This document shows, one piece after another, positions 18,015 through 28,138 of a DNA stretch of 64,000 nt. Source of the stretch: Akkermansia muciniphila. Lineage in GTDB: Bacteria > Verrucomicrobiota > Verrucomicrobiia > Methylacidiphilales > CAMAQI01. Every line of letters begins with the position of its first letter. The stretch's first letter is position 1. The position numbers and the translations under genes were made by a program. The DNA lies in contig CAMCYL010000003.1 in the NCBI GenBank assembly GCA_945883905.1, positions 11-64,010 of the forward strand. The letters are read 5' to 3'. The notes below the pieces were generated by a model that worked only from the letters and a program-made list of their open reading frames with translations, did not search any database and had not been told where the DNA came from.

Positions 18015-19393
18015 GAGAGGTCTCTTTTGAGCAACTGGCCGAGGGGATGCAAGGAACGCTTGTTCGAGGTTCAGGCATTGTCACTCGTTTGCATACGGAT
18101 ACGAGAACGATTCGTGGCGGAGACTGTTTTGTTGCGTTGAAGGGCGAGAATTTTGACGGTCATCATTACGTTTTAGGGAGTGCTGAAGGGGGAGCGGTGG
18201 CGGCGGTCGTTTCTAAGATTCCAGAGGGAGATTTTCCTGAATCCTTTGGATTTATTCTCGTGGATGATCCGTTGAAGGCGCTTCAGCGCTATGCACAGTT
18301 TTATCGTCAGAGTTTGAAGGTTCGAGTCGTGGGGATTACGGGGAGCAGTGGAAAGACGAGCACAAAAGAATTTATTAAATCGGTTCTTTCTCAAAAATTT
18401 AAAACCGTCGCAACGGTTGGAAACTTAAATAATCATATTGGGGTTCCTTTGACGCTGCTTTCGTTAGAGGCTGAAACGGAGTGGGCGGTGGTGGAGATGG
18501 GAATGAATCATCCTGGAGAAATTGAGCCGTTGGCAGTGATGAGTCAGCCGGAGTTCGGGGTGATCACTCGAATTGGTCAAGCTCATCTTGAGAATTTTAA
18601 AAACATTCAAGGGATTGCGCAGGAGAAATCGGAGTTACTTCGTTTTCTTAAGCCGACGGGGAAGGCCTTTATTCCGAGTGAAGATTCTTTTTGTTCTTAT
18701 CTCAGTGGACGGACGGTCGCTTCGATTATTTATGTGGGAGAGTCGAGTTCCTCTGGATGGAAAGCGAGTGAGATTCGAGTGACGGCTCAGGGGATTGATT
18801 TTCAGTTAGAGCATAACGGCGCACGGATTCCAGTGCAACTTTCGCTTTGGAATCGGGTGATGATTCAGAATGCGCTCTTGGCAGCGGCGGTGGGATGGGA
18901 GGCTGGACTGACGATGGAGCAAATTGTGAGTGGACTTCAAAAAGTTGAACTTCCTGGGCAAAGAATGAAGGTTTTTCGGAATACGGGAGGGATTTGGATT
19001 AATGATGCTTACAATGCCAATCCGGAGTCGATGGCGGCGGCCGTTGATACCTTAATGGAAATTCCCTTTGAGGGGGTGCGAGTGGCGGTTTTAGGCAGTA
19101 TGGGAGAGTTGGGGGTTCAAGCGGAGTTGCTTCATCGGGAGGTTGGATCCTATGCCGCTCGACGTGGGGTCAGTCAAGTGGTTGCGGTGGGTCCGATGGC
19201 GGAGTCGATTGCGGAAGGGGTTCGTCATGTGACGGAATCGAACACGAAAGTGGTGACTGCGATCGATGCGGAAGAATCGATTCAAATTTTAGAGTCTTCA
19301 AATGAAAAACGAGCGGTGTTGGTAAAGGGGTCTCGATTTATGAAATTGGAAACCGTGGTGGAGCATTTCACTGGTCAAGGGGGGGGACACTAA
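18011..19393 (+). CDS. murF: UDP-N-acetylmuramoyl-tripeptide--D-alanyl-D-alanine ligase
   Basis: P-loop GITGSSGKTSTKE. I prefer ATG 18011 (ATGA overlap with the murE stop) to the ORF-track start at 17993. Confidence 0.92.
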   Translation: MREVSFEQLAEGMQGTLVRGSGIVTRLHTDTRTIRGGDCFVALKGENFDGHHYVLGSAEGGAVAAVVSKIPEGDFPESFGFILVDDPLKALQRYAQFYRQSLKVRVVGITGSSGKTSTKEFIKSVLSQKFKTVATVGNLNNHIGVPLTLLSLEAETEWAVVEMGMNHPGEIEPLAVMSQPEFGVITRIGQAHLENFKNIQGIAQEKSELLRFLKPTGKAFIPSEDSFCSYLSGRTVASIIYVGESSSSGWKASEIRVTAQGIDFQLEHNGARIPVQLSLWNRVMIQNALLAAAVGWEAGLTMEQIVSGLQKVELPGQRMKVFRNTGGIWINDAYNANPESMAAAVDTLMEIPFEGVRVAVLGSMGELGVQAELLHREVGSYAARRGVSQVVAVGPMAESIAEGVRHVTESNTKVVTAIDAEESIQILESSNEKRAVLVKGSRFMKLETVVEHFTGQGGGH

Positions 19394-19394
19394 G

Positions 19395-20495
19395 ATGTTT
19401 TACTATCTCCATCAATGGGCGACGGATTTGGGATTTCTGAATGTCTTTCGTTATGTGAGCTTTCGCGCCATTGGGGCTGCCTTGACGGCATTGATTCTCT
19501 GTTGGTGTTTAGGGCCGATGACGATTCGTCTATTGACTCGTTTAAAGTTAGGTCAACCGCTTCGGGGAAAAGAGGAGGTTCATAAGCTTGCTGATTTACA
19601 TAGCGCTAAAAAAGGGACTCCAACAATGGGAGGGCTTCTCATTTTATTATCCGTGACGATATCGACTTTATTATGGGCACGCTTAGATCAAATGGTGCTT
19701 TGGTTAGCGCTGTTGGGAATGCTTGTTTTAGGGGGCGTTGGCTTTGCTGATGATTATCTCAAAGTTGCAAAGAAAAAATCGGATGGAATTCCCGGTCGCG
19801 TCAAGTTGGCGGGTCAATTTTTAGTGGCCTTAGGAGTTGCCATCGCGCTGATGGGAAATCCATTGCATCGTGAGGCTTGTGAGATGGTTTTTGTTCCATT
19901 TATGAAATCACCGCTATTGACGGAGATTGGTTGGTGGGTGATTCCGTTTTTTGCGATTGTGGTGATGGGAACTTCGAATGCGGTGAATTTGACCGATGGC
20001 CTCGATGGTCTTGCCTCCGGTTGCACTGTTACAGTGATGCTTGTTTTTGCTGTTTTTTCCTATCTCTCTGGGCATGCGGATCTGGCTAAATATTTATATA
20101 TTCCCCATACCCCTGGAGCGGGAGAGCTTGCGGTATTTTGTGCTGCGATGGCGGGGGCGGCACTTGGCTTTCTTTGGTATAACTGTCATCCGGCCCAAGT
20201 TTTTATGGGAGATACGGGATCGCTCGCAATTGGGGGAGGTCTTGGGGTGGTGGCGATTTGTATTAATCAAGAGTTACTATTAATCATTGCGGGAGGTGTT
20301 TTTGTGATGGAAGCAGGATCGGTGTTACTTCAGGTCGCTTCCTTTAAACTCACTGGAAAACGGATTTTTGCGATGTCGCCGATCCACCATCATTTTGAAT
20401 TGAAGGGCTGGAAAGAGACGATGGTCGTGACTCGTTTCTGGATTTTGAGTTTTCTTTTTGCCGTCATTGCACTTTCAACATTGAAATTAAGATAA
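19395..20495 (+). CDS. mraY: Phospho-N-acetylmuramoyl-pentapeptide transferase
   Basis: 366 aa polytopic membrane protein with NAVNLTDGLDGLA and MGDTGSLAIGG motifs. Confidence 0.95.
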   Translation: MFYYLHQWATDLGFLNVFRYVSFRAIGAALTALILCWCLGPMTIRLLTRLKLGQPLRGKEEVHKLADLHSAKKGTPTMGGLLILLSVTISTLLWARLDQMVLWLALLGMLVLGGVGFADDYLKVAKKKSDGIPGRVKLAGQFLVALGVAIALMGNPLHREACEMVFVPFMKSPLLTEIGWWVIPFFAIVVMGTSNAVNLTDGLDGLASGCTVTVMLVFAVFSYLSGHADLAKYLYIPHTPGAGELAVFCAAMAGAALGFLWYNCHPAQVFMGDTGSLAIGGGLGVVAICINQELLLIIAGGVFVMEAGSVLLQVASFKLTGKRIFAMSPIHHHFELKGWKETMVVTRFWILSFLFAVIALSTLKLR

Positions 20496-20496
20496 A

Positions 20497-21825
20497 ATGA
20501 ATATACACGGTCAACATCTTTTGATTCTAGGGCTCGGGGTGAGTGGTTTTGAGGCCGCTCGGCTTGCTCGTGGAGAAGGAGCGCATGTGACCGTGTGTGA
20601 TGAGGCGATGCGTCCGGCGATTCGAGAGAAAGGACTGACTTTAGAAAAAGAGGGGATTAGCGTTCATTTGGGAGGTAGGTTGCAAGAGAGTCATTACGAT
20701 CTCGTGGTCGTGAGTCCTGGGATTGATTTGCAATCGGAGTTCGCCAAGAGCGTGATTCCTGCGGGGGTTCCTGTGATCGGAGAGCTGGAATTTTCTTCCT
20801 GTTTTTGTAAGGTTCCTTTTATTGCGATTACGGGGACGAACGGCAAAACGACGACGACGGAACTTATTTCTGCCGCCCTTATCAAAGCGGGCAAAAAAAC
20901 CGAGGCCGTCGGTAATATTGGGAAAGCGTTATCGACCGTCGTCAAAGATTCTCAAGAGTTCGACTATTTTGTCGTTGAAGTCAGTTCCTTTCAATTAGAG
21001 ACGATTAAAACTTTTTCCCCTCATGTTGCGTTGCATTTAAATTTAACGCCGGATCATTTAGATCGTTATGAGTCGATGCAAGACTATGGACGTGCAAAAG
21101 AGCGGATTTTTGAGAATCAAAAATCGACCGATTTTGCAGTGGTGAATTCGAAATTGATTCTTTCCCCGTTTCAATCCAAGAAAGTTACATTTAGCGGAGT
21201 TGATGCAACGGCCGACTATCGATTCGACAATGGAGTTCTGATTGCGGGTTCGGAACGAATCATGAGCATGGATAAAACTCAACTTTTGGGAATGCATAAT
21301 GTTGAGAATATTTTAGCGACTTTAGCGACAACCGATTTACTCGGTATTCAGCGTCAGTCCGTTATTGAGGCGATCTGTGAGTATCGTCCAAAACCGCATC
21401 GTTGCGAGCGCATTGGAGAATTTGAAGGAATTCTTTATATTAATGATTCGAAGGGAACCAATGCCGATGCGGTGGAAAAGGCGCTGAGTTCTTTGAGTCG
21501 GCCTGTGGTTTTGATTGCGGGGGGTAAAGATAAAGGATTTACCTTTACGCAGTTGCGTACAGTGATTTCGCAAAAAGTGAAACATGCGGTGCTCATTGGA
21601 GAGACCCAAGAGAAAATTGCAAAAGAGTGGGATCAAGTTGTTCCGCTAGAAAAAGCGTTGACCCTTCGCGAGGCGATTGAGCGGGCGCGCCGTGCGGCTT
21701 CTCGTGGAGATATTATTTTACTTTCACCTGGGTGTTCGAGCTTCGATATGTTTCGAAGCTATGAAGATCGAGGAGATCAATTTCGTCAAGAGGTCTTGGC
21801 GATGCATCAATCCAAAAAAACCTAA
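20497..21825 (+). CDS. murD: UDP-N-acetylmuramoylalanine--D-glutamate ligase
   Basis: 442 aa with N-terminal Rossmann fold LILGLGVSG and P-loop ITGTNGKTTTTE. Confidence 0.95.
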   Translation: MNIHGQHLLILGLGVSGFEAARLARGEGAHVTVCDEAMRPAIREKGLTLEKEGISVHLGGRLQESHYDLVVVSPGIDLQSEFAKSVIPAGVPVIGELEFSSCFCKVPFIAITGTNGKTTTTELISAALIKAGKKTEAVGNIGKALSTVVKDSQEFDYFVVEVSSFQLETIKTFSPHVALHLNLTPDHLDRYESMQDYGRAKERIFENQKSTDFAVVNSKLILSPFQSKKVTFSGVDATADYRFDNGVLIAGSERIMSMDKTQLLGMHNVENILATLATTDLLGIQRQSVIEAICEYRPKPHRCERIGEFEGILYINDSKGTNADAVEKALSSLSRPVVLIAGGKDKGFTFTQLRTVISQKVKHAVLIGETQEKIAKEWDQVVPLEKALTLREAIERARRAASRGDIILLSPGCSSFDMFRSYEDRGDQFRQEVLAMHQSKKT

Positions 21826-21842
21826 CCGACTGGAGTAAATAT

Positions 21843-22688
21843 ATGGAAAATGAAAATCAACAACAATCGAGTTCGTCGAATGGCGGCGGACTGAAACTGA
21901 TGACGGTCTTTATCGTCGTCCTTGCTCTTCACGTTCTCGTGATTGGGGGCGTAAGCGCTTATAGCCTTCTCAAAGGAAACACTGAGCCTGTTGCTCTTGA
22001 AGAAAATAAAGAGGTCACTCCCACAGCGACTGAGAGTCCTGCTTTAGATGCGGCCGCTCCTGTGGTCGCCGAAAGTAATGGAACGACTTCTGTGATCGCC
22101 CCTGAGGTGACTCCGACGATTGCTCCTGTGATTGCGGCGCCTGAGCATGCCATTGTATCCGATCCGATTGTCTCCGCTCCTGTGGTTGAATCGACTCCTG
22201 TTCAAGAGATTGCATCGACTTCGAGCTATCATGTCGCCAAAGGGGACACCCTCAGCAAAATCGCACGACTTCACGGTATGAAAGTGGCTGAGCTCAAATC
22301 CTTAAACGGAATGAAATCGGACAACTTAAAGATTGGCCAAGAGTTGAAGGTCAAATCGGGAGGTGCTGTGGCTTCAGTGGCTCCAACATCGACCATCAAG
22401 TCAGATACCGTTATTTCAACGCCTGCTCCAGTCGCATCAAAAGCGACTTCGATTTCGAGTTATGTTGTTGAAAAAGGGGATACCTTGACCAAGATTGCAA
22501 AGCAATACAATACAACCCCTTCTGCGATCATGGCGGCCAATAAATTAGCGGATGCTCGTAAATTGAAAATTGGAATGAAGCTTAATATTCCTTCCAAAGT
22601 TCGTCAGCAAGTGAGTGAGCAACAGGCTCCCTCGTCAACTTTAGAGAAGACAACAAGCACCAACGCTGATTTTGCGATGGCTCAGTAA
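21843..22688 (+). CDS. Bitopic membrane protein with two C-terminal LysM peptidoglycan-binding domains
   Basis: 281 aa. It has a short N-terminal tail, a TM helix (LMTVFIVVLALHVLVIGGVSAY) and an A/P/V-rich linker. The two LysM repeats are YHVAKGDTLSKIARLHGMKVAELKSLN...LKIGQELKV and YVVEKGDTLTKIAKQYNTTPSAIMAAN...LKIGMKLNIP. Confidence 0.85.
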   Translation: MENENQQQSSSSNGGGLKLMTVFIVVLALHVLVIGGVSAYSLLKGNTEPVALEENKEVTPTATESPALDAAAPVVAESNGTTSVIAPEVTPTIAPVIAAPEHAIVSDPIVSAPVVESTPVQEIASTSSYHVAKGDTLSKIARLHGMKVAELKSLNGMKSDNLKIGQELKVKSGGAVASVAPTSTIKSDTVISTPAPVASKATSISSYVVEKGDTLTKIAKQYNTTPSAIMAANKLADARKLKIGMKLNIPSKVRQQVSEQQAPSSTLEKTTSTNADFAMAQ

Positions 22689-22723
22689 ATTTTTATTCTA
22701 AAAATTTACAAACTTAGAAACTT

Positions 22724-23872
22724 ATGATTCAACGAAACGTAGGATATCTTCTATTAGTGATGACGCTTGCGCTCATCTCTGTGGGAGTGGTCATGCTTTT
22801 GAGCACGAGTGGTCGTTTGGCCATGGATGTTCATGCGGATCTCTACGCGCCGTTGCGAAAGCAGATGGTCTGGCTTGTTTTGGGGTCGATCGTCTGCGTG
22901 GTTGTTTCTCGTTTGGATTATCATTGGATCCTTCAGCGCTCCTGGATCTGGGTCGCCTCCTCTGCGTTGTTGATGGGGATGTGTCTGGTTCCTCATATTG
23001 GCAAAAAAGCCAAAGGAGCGGCTCGTTGGATTGAGGTCGGTGGGTTTACGCTCCAACCGTCTGAACTTGGGAAGGTTGCCTTTATTTGTTTCCTCGCCTG
23101 GTGGCTTGGTCAAAACCAAAGACGAATTCACGAGTTCGGGCGGGGGGTTGCGGTTCCTGTCGCCGTCTTCGGAGTTTTTGCGATCATTCTCGCTAAATTT
23201 CAACATGACTTGGGATATACCGTTTTAATGGGAGCGATCCTTTTTAGTATGCTCGTCTGTGCGGGGATTCGTTGGTATTACTTAGCTCCGATTCCCTTTC
23301 TCGGTATTGGCGGAATTCTTGGGATCGCTTGGCTGATGCCGGAACGCCAAGGGCGTTTATTGGCCTTCATGGATATTGAAAAATATAAACAAGGGGATGG
23401 GTGGCAAGTTTATCAAGCATTGGTTGCCTTGGGCTCTGGAGGAACAGAGGGACTTGGACTTGGAAATAGTCGCCAAAAAATGTTTTGGCTTCCGGAGGCT
23501 CATACCGATTTTGTTTTTCCGATTTTAGGGGAGGAGTTGGGCGTATGGGTCGCTCTTATCGTCGTTTTTTGTTTTTTAGTGATGACTCTTTGTAGTGGAT
23601 GGATCTCGATGAATGCTCCCGATGCGACAGGTGTTTTATTAGGCATTGGGATCAGCACATTGTTCGCCGTGCAATCGCTGATGAATCTATCGGTGGTGAC
23701 GGGTTTAATGCCGAACAAAGGGGTTCCGCTTCCCTTTATTAGTTATGGGGGATCGAGTCTCATGATGTGGATGGTCTGTATCGGTATTCTTTTTAATTTA
23801 CAACGACAAGGGGTCCATGAGTCCGATCAAAGAGCCCCTGAACCTCTCAAAAAGGCAACGATCCGATTATGA
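22724..23872 (+). CDS. ftsW: SEDS-family peptidoglycan glycosyltransferase FtsW
   Basis: 382 aa polytopic protein with PSELGKVAF, HTDFVFPILGEELG and PFISYGGSS motifs. Confidence 0.9.
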   Translation: MIQRNVGYLLLVMTLALISVGVVMLLSTSGRLAMDVHADLYAPLRKQMVWLVLGSIVCVVVSRLDYHWILQRSWIWVASSALLMGMCLVPHIGKKAKGAARWIEVGGFTLQPSELGKVAFICFLAWWLGQNQRRIHEFGRGVAVPVAVFGVFAIILAKFQHDLGYTVLMGAILFSMLVCAGIRWYYLAPIPFLGIGGILGIAWLMPERQGRLLAFMDIEKYKQGDGWQVYQALVALGSGGTEGLGLGNSRQKMFWLPEAHTDFVFPILGEELGVWVALIVVFCFLVMTLCSGWISMNAPDATGVLLGIGISTLFAVQSLMNLSVVTGLMPNKGVPLPFISYGGSSLMMWMVCIGILFNLQRQGVHESDQRAPEPLKKATIRL

Positions 23873-24963
23873 AGCCGCTTCGAATCGCCATTGCTTGTGG
23901 AGGAACAGGAGGCCATCTTTTTCCTGGAATCGCGATTGCCCAAGCGTTGCATCAACGGGGACATGAGGTTCTGCTTCTTGTTTCTGCGAAGCAGATCGAT
24001 GCGGTTGCCCTTAAAGATTATCCGGAATTTCGGGCAGAAGTTGTTCCTGGAATGGGATGGACTGGGATTAGTCCACAAGCGATACGATTTTTATATAAAG
24101 TATTACAGGCACGAACCGTCTGTCGCAGATTATTTAAATCTTTTAAACCTGATGCTGTTTTGGGGATGGGGGGATTCACGAGTGCGGTTCCATTATTAGT
24201 GGGACGTCGGATGAAAGCCGCCACATATCTTCATGAATCGAATGCAATACCGGGACGAGTCACGAAGCTTTTAGCGAATCAAGTTTCTCAGGTTTTTCTC
24301 GGATTTGGAGCCTGTGAATTTTATTTAGCGGGAGCGAATACCGTGATTACGGGAACGCCGTTGAGAAAAGATTTGATTCGAATCAATCGGGAGGAGGCCC
24401 TCCTGCAGCTGGGACTTGATCCCCGATTGAAAACAATTTTGGTAATGGGGGGAAGTCAAGGGGCTCGAGGGGTTAATGAAATGGTTTTGAAATCGATTCC
24501 GCTTTGGGAACGAGAAAAAGATCAGTGGCAATTTATTCATCTGACGGGAGAAATGGATGCCACGATCGTTGATATTAATTATCGTCGCTGTCGTTTAAAT
24601 GCTTACGTCAAAGCCTTTTCAGCCAATATGGGGCTTTTATTAAGTGCTTCCGATTTAGTCATCAGTCGCTCCGGTGCCAGTAGTTTAACAGAGATTTCAG
24701 CCTTCGGGTTGCCGAGCATCTTAATTCCTTTTCCTGCTGCCATTGATGATCATCAGACTTTAAATGCTCGAGTCTTTTCAGTCGTGGGAGCCGCATATTT
24801 AGAGCCACAATCAAAGCTTACGCCTCAGGGACTCGATCAAAAGGTTTCTGAAATTCTTCATCAGGGAGAACATTTAGAGTCGATGCGGGTCGCGGCTCAT
24901 TCGCTTTTTACCTCAGATGCTGCCGAAAGAATTGCTCTTGAAATTGAAAAGGGGGCGAGATGA
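23869..24963 (+). CDS. murG: Undecaprenyldiphospho-muramoylpentapeptide beta-N-acetylglucosaminyltransferase
   Basis: 364 aa with GGTGGHLFPGIAIAQAL and GGSQGARGVN motifs. Confidence 0.95.
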   Translation: MKPLRIAIACGGTGGHLFPGIAIAQALHQRGHEVLLLVSAKQIDAVALKDYPEFRAEVVPGMGWTGISPQAIRFLYKVLQARTVCRRLFKSFKPDAVLGMGGFTSAVPLLVGRRMKAATYLHESNAIPGRVTKLLANQVSQVFLGFGACEFYLAGANTVITGTPLRKDLIRINREEALLQLGLDPRLKTILVMGGSQGARGVNEMVLKSIPLWEREKDQWQFIHLTGEMDATIVDINYRRCRLNAYVKAFSANMGLLLSASDLVISRSGASSLTEISAFGLPSILIPFPAAIDDHQTLNARVFSVVGAAYLEPQSKLTPQGLDQKVSEILHQGEHLESMRVAAHSLFTSDAAERIALEIEKGAR

Positions 24964-27242
24964 CAACGATTCGGGAGATCCTTGCTCTGAGTCATTCGCG
25001 GATCCATCTTTTGGGGGTTGCGGGCAGTGGAATGAGTGGGCTTGCTCGAATTCTTTTACAGATGGGATATCAAGTTTCCGGATCAGATCTTCAACGGACA
25101 CGTACGATTGAAAAGCTGATCGATCGGGGGTTACGGTTTTCGCAAGGACATGAAAAAGAGGAGCTTGATTCTGTGAATCTCGTCGTTTACTCCTCCGCGA
25201 TTCGTCAGGATAATCCGGTGCGTCGTTTAGCGGGAGAGCGAGAGATCGCTTGCGTTCGTCGGGCGGAGTGCCTCGCGGTTTTATCGGAGCAAAAACAGCC
25301 ACTTGTCGTGGCTGGAATGCATGGAAAAACGACAACCTCTTCAATGCTCGCCTATGTTCTTCGCTCGGCAGGATGGCGATGTGCGCATTATATTGGAGCA
25401 GAAATTCCGATTCTTGGAGAAAGTGCCTCGATGGGGGAGGGAGAACATTTTGTAATCGAAGCGGATGAAAGTGATGGAACGATCACGCTCTTTAAGCCGA
25501 GGCACTCATTACTTCTGAATATTGAAGAGGAGCATCTCGATCATTACGGAAACTTAGAGGCGATTCTCAAAACATTTCGTGAGTTTATCTCGAATACAAC
25601 AGGGAAAGTGGTTTATTGTGCCGATGATAAAAACACGTTACTCCTTTGTTCCCATCATCCAACCGCGGTGAGCTATGGATTTGGTAGTCAATCGGATTAC
25701 CGAGCGATTGAAGTTCGCAGCCAAAACTTCTCCTCTCAGTTTCAAGTTCAAGGGCGGGGTCAGATTTTAGGGACTGTTGTGCTTCAGATTCCTGGAATGC
25801 AAAATGTGAGCAATGCGTTAGGCGTTGTTGCATTAGCCACGGAATTAGGGGTTCCTTTTGATTCAATTACCCAAGCGCTTCAGGAATTTCGAGGAGCGAA
25901 TCGTCGCTTTGAGGTCAAATTTAGAAATCAGGAATTTATGGTGGTGGATGACTACGCGCATCATCCTACTGAAATTAAAGCAACACTTTCTGCCGCAAAA
26001 GCGGGAGGATGGAAACGAGTCATCGCTCTCTTTCAACCGCATCGCTATACACGCACCCAACTTTTATTTGAGGAATTCATTAATGCTTTTCAAGATGCTC
26101 ATTTAGTTTTTATCACCGACATTTGTGCGGCAAGTGAAATGCCGATCGAAAATGTCAACGGTAAAGGTTTATCGGAAGCGATCAAGAAATCGGGAAAAGT
26201 GGAGAAGGTGGAGTTTGAGTCGAATCTTCAAACTTTACGCAAACGAGTTTCGCGAGAGATGCAACCGGGAGATCTTTTGTTAACGCTCGGGGCAGGAAAT
26301 ATTCATCAAGTGGCTCTCTCGCTTGCTCAAGAGCTCAATTGGTTTAGCGAGATGGGAAAGTTGATTGGATCGGATTCTAAGATCCTTCGACAAGAGCCGA
26401 TGAGTAAGCACACCTCGATGCGTATTGGGGGGCCTGCTCAGTTTTGGTTTGAGCCTGCGAATGAAAATGATCTGGTCGCGATCGTGCGTTATGCGCATGA
26501 GCATTCGATTCCAGTGACTGTGATTGGACGGGGTTCAAATCTACTTGTTCGTGATGGAGGAATCTCCGGAATTTGTATTCATTTAGGGCACCCTTATTTT
26601 AGTGAAATTATCCGGGAGGGAGAAAACTTAAGAGTCGGAGCAGGTGCTCGTCTTAAAGCGATTACGACAGAGGCCCGTCGGGCACAGATCGGAGGTCTCG
26701 AATATCTTGAGGGAATTCCAGGAAATCTTGGAGGGGCCTTGCGGATGAATGCTGGGGCAATGCAAGGATGGACCCTCGATAATATTGTGGAAGTGAAGAT
26801 GCTCGATCTTCAAGGTCATTGGCATCGGAAATCACGTGAAGAGATCGAGGTCGCCTATCGCTCTGTTCCTCTTTTTAAAACTCATATTGCGGTGAGTGCT
26901 TTGGTTGCGGGAAAAAGTTCGACGAATGAAGCGATCGAGGAACGTTTGAAACAGTACAGTGCCAAACGATGGGATTCTCAACCCGCAGCACCGAGTGCAG
27001 GGTGTATTTTTAAAAATCCAACGGAAGCACCGGCAGGAAAGCTTGTGGATGAATTGGGACTTAAAAATCGGCAGGTAGGCAAGGCACGTGTTTCTGAAGT
27101 TCACGGAAACTTTATTGTCAATGATGGGGGCGCAACGGCGAGTGAGGTGCTGCAGCTTATCTCTGAAATTCAAGAGACCGTCAGATCACAGCGTCAAATC
27201 CATTTAGAGACGGAAGTCGTGATTATGGGAGAGGATTTATGA
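24960..27242 (+). CDS. murC/murB: Bifunctional MurC-MurB fusion (UDP-N-acetylmuramate--L-alanine ligase + UDP-N-acetylenolpyruvoylglucosamine reductase)
   Basis: 760 aa. Residues 1 to about 455 are MurC (LLGVAGSGMSGLARILLQMGYQVSGSD, P-loop GMHGKTTTSSM). From about residue 470 it is MurB (EPMSKHTSMRIGGPAQFWFEP, GRGSNLLV, SAGCIFKNP, GNFIVN). The reading frame is continuous. Confidence 0.95.
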   Translation: MTTIREILALSHSRIHLLGVAGSGMSGLARILLQMGYQVSGSDLQRTRTIEKLIDRGLRFSQGHEKEELDSVNLVVYSSAIRQDNPVRRLAGEREIACVRRAECLAVLSEQKQPLVVAGMHGKTTTSSMLAYVLRSAGWRCAHYIGAEIPILGESASMGEGEHFVIEADESDGTITLFKPRHSLLLNIEEEHLDHYGNLEAILKTFREFISNTTGKVVYCADDKNTLLLCSHHPTAVSYGFGSQSDYRAIEVRSQNFSSQFQVQGRGQILGTVVLQIPGMQNVSNALGVVALATELGVPFDSITQALQEFRGANRRFEVKFRNQEFMVVDDYAHHPTEIKATLSAAKAGGWKRVIALFQPHRYTRTQLLFEEFINAFQDAHLVFITDICAASEMPIENVNGKGLSEAIKKSGKVEKVEFESNLQTLRKRVSREMQPGDLLLTLGAGNIHQVALSLAQELNWFSEMGKLIGSDSKILRQEPMSKHTSMRIGGPAQFWFEPANENDLVAIVRYAHEHSIPVTVIGRGSNLLVRDGGISGICIHLGHPYFSEIIREGENLRVGAGARLKAITTEARRAQIGGLEYLEGIPGNLGGALRMNAGAMQGWTLDNIVEVKMLDLQGHWHRKSREEIEVAYRSVPLFKTHIAVSALVAGKSSTNEAIEERLKQYSAKRWDSQPAAPSAGCIFKNPTEAPAGKLVDELGLKNRQVGKARVSEVHGNFIVNDGGATASEVLQLISEIQETVRSQRQIHLETEVVIMGEDL

Positions 27243-28138
27243 GCTTAAAGAAAATTGCCGTATTTAAAGGGGGACCGTCCAAAGAACGTGAAGTCTCTTT
27301 GAGAACAGGAAGTGCGATCGCAGAGGCGTTGCGAACGAAGGGGTATGAAATCGAGGAGGTCGATATCAGGGGATCTGAATGGATCGTTTCTCCTGATATT
27401 CAGTTTGTATTTATCGCTCTTCACGGAACCTTTGGAGAGGATGGACAGATTCAACATCTCTTAGATCAGCGTGGAATTCCCTATACAGGATGTGGAGCGA
27501 AGGCGAGTGAGCTCGCCTTTGATAAAGAGAAAAGTAAAGCGTGCTTTAAGATCTCCCAGGTTCCAACTCCGGAAGGGGAATCGTTACAAGAAGGGGAGAG
27601 GACTTCGCTTCATGCTCCCTTGGTTTTTAAACCGGCTTGTGAGGGATCGAGTATCGGATTGGAGATGGTCCATCGAGAGGAGGAGATCGAGGCGGCTTTT
27701 CGTCGTGCTTGTCAGTATGGAAAAATTATTTTGGCGGAAAAAATGATTCAAGGTCGGGAGTTAACGGTCGGCGTTTTAGATGGGACTCCTTTACCGATCG
27801 TTGAGATTTGTCCTAAAACAGGAACTTACGATTATCAAACAAAATATACCGTGGGATCGTCCGAGTATAGCTGTCCGGCGGCACTTTCAGAAAAAACGAC
27901 TTTAGCCGTACAAGCGGCGGCTCAAAAAGCCTACAACGCATTGGGTTGCGAGGTTTATGCGCGAGTCGATGTTCTCATTGATCGGGAAGAGAATCCCTGG
28001 GTGCTTGAAGTGAATACAATTCCCGGAATGACGGAGACCAGTCTTCTCCCAAAAGCGGCAAAAGCGGCGGGAATTGAGTTTCCTGAACTGTGTGAGCGAA
28101 TCCTTCTTTTAAGTGAAAAAAAATACCGGAAAAACTGA
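27239..28138 (+). CDS. ddl: D-alanine--D-alanine ligase
   Basis: 299 aa ATP-grasp protein with HGTFGEDGQIQHLLDQRGIPYTG, KPACEGSSIG and EVNTIPGMTETS. Confidence 0.95.
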   Translation: MSLKKIAVFKGGPSKEREVSLRTGSAIAEALRTKGYEIEEVDIRGSEWIVSPDIQFVFIALHGTFGEDGQIQHLLDQRGIPYTGCGAKASELAFDKEKSKACFKISQVPTPEGESLQEGERTSLHAPLVFKPACEGSSIGLEMVHREEEIEAAFRRACQYGKIILAEKMIQGRELTVGVLDGTPLPIVEICPKTGTYDYQTKYTVGSSEYSCPAALSEKTTLAVQAAAQKAYNALGCEVYARVDVLIDREENPWVLEVNTIPGMTETSLLPKAAKAAGIEFPELCERILLLSEKKYRKN

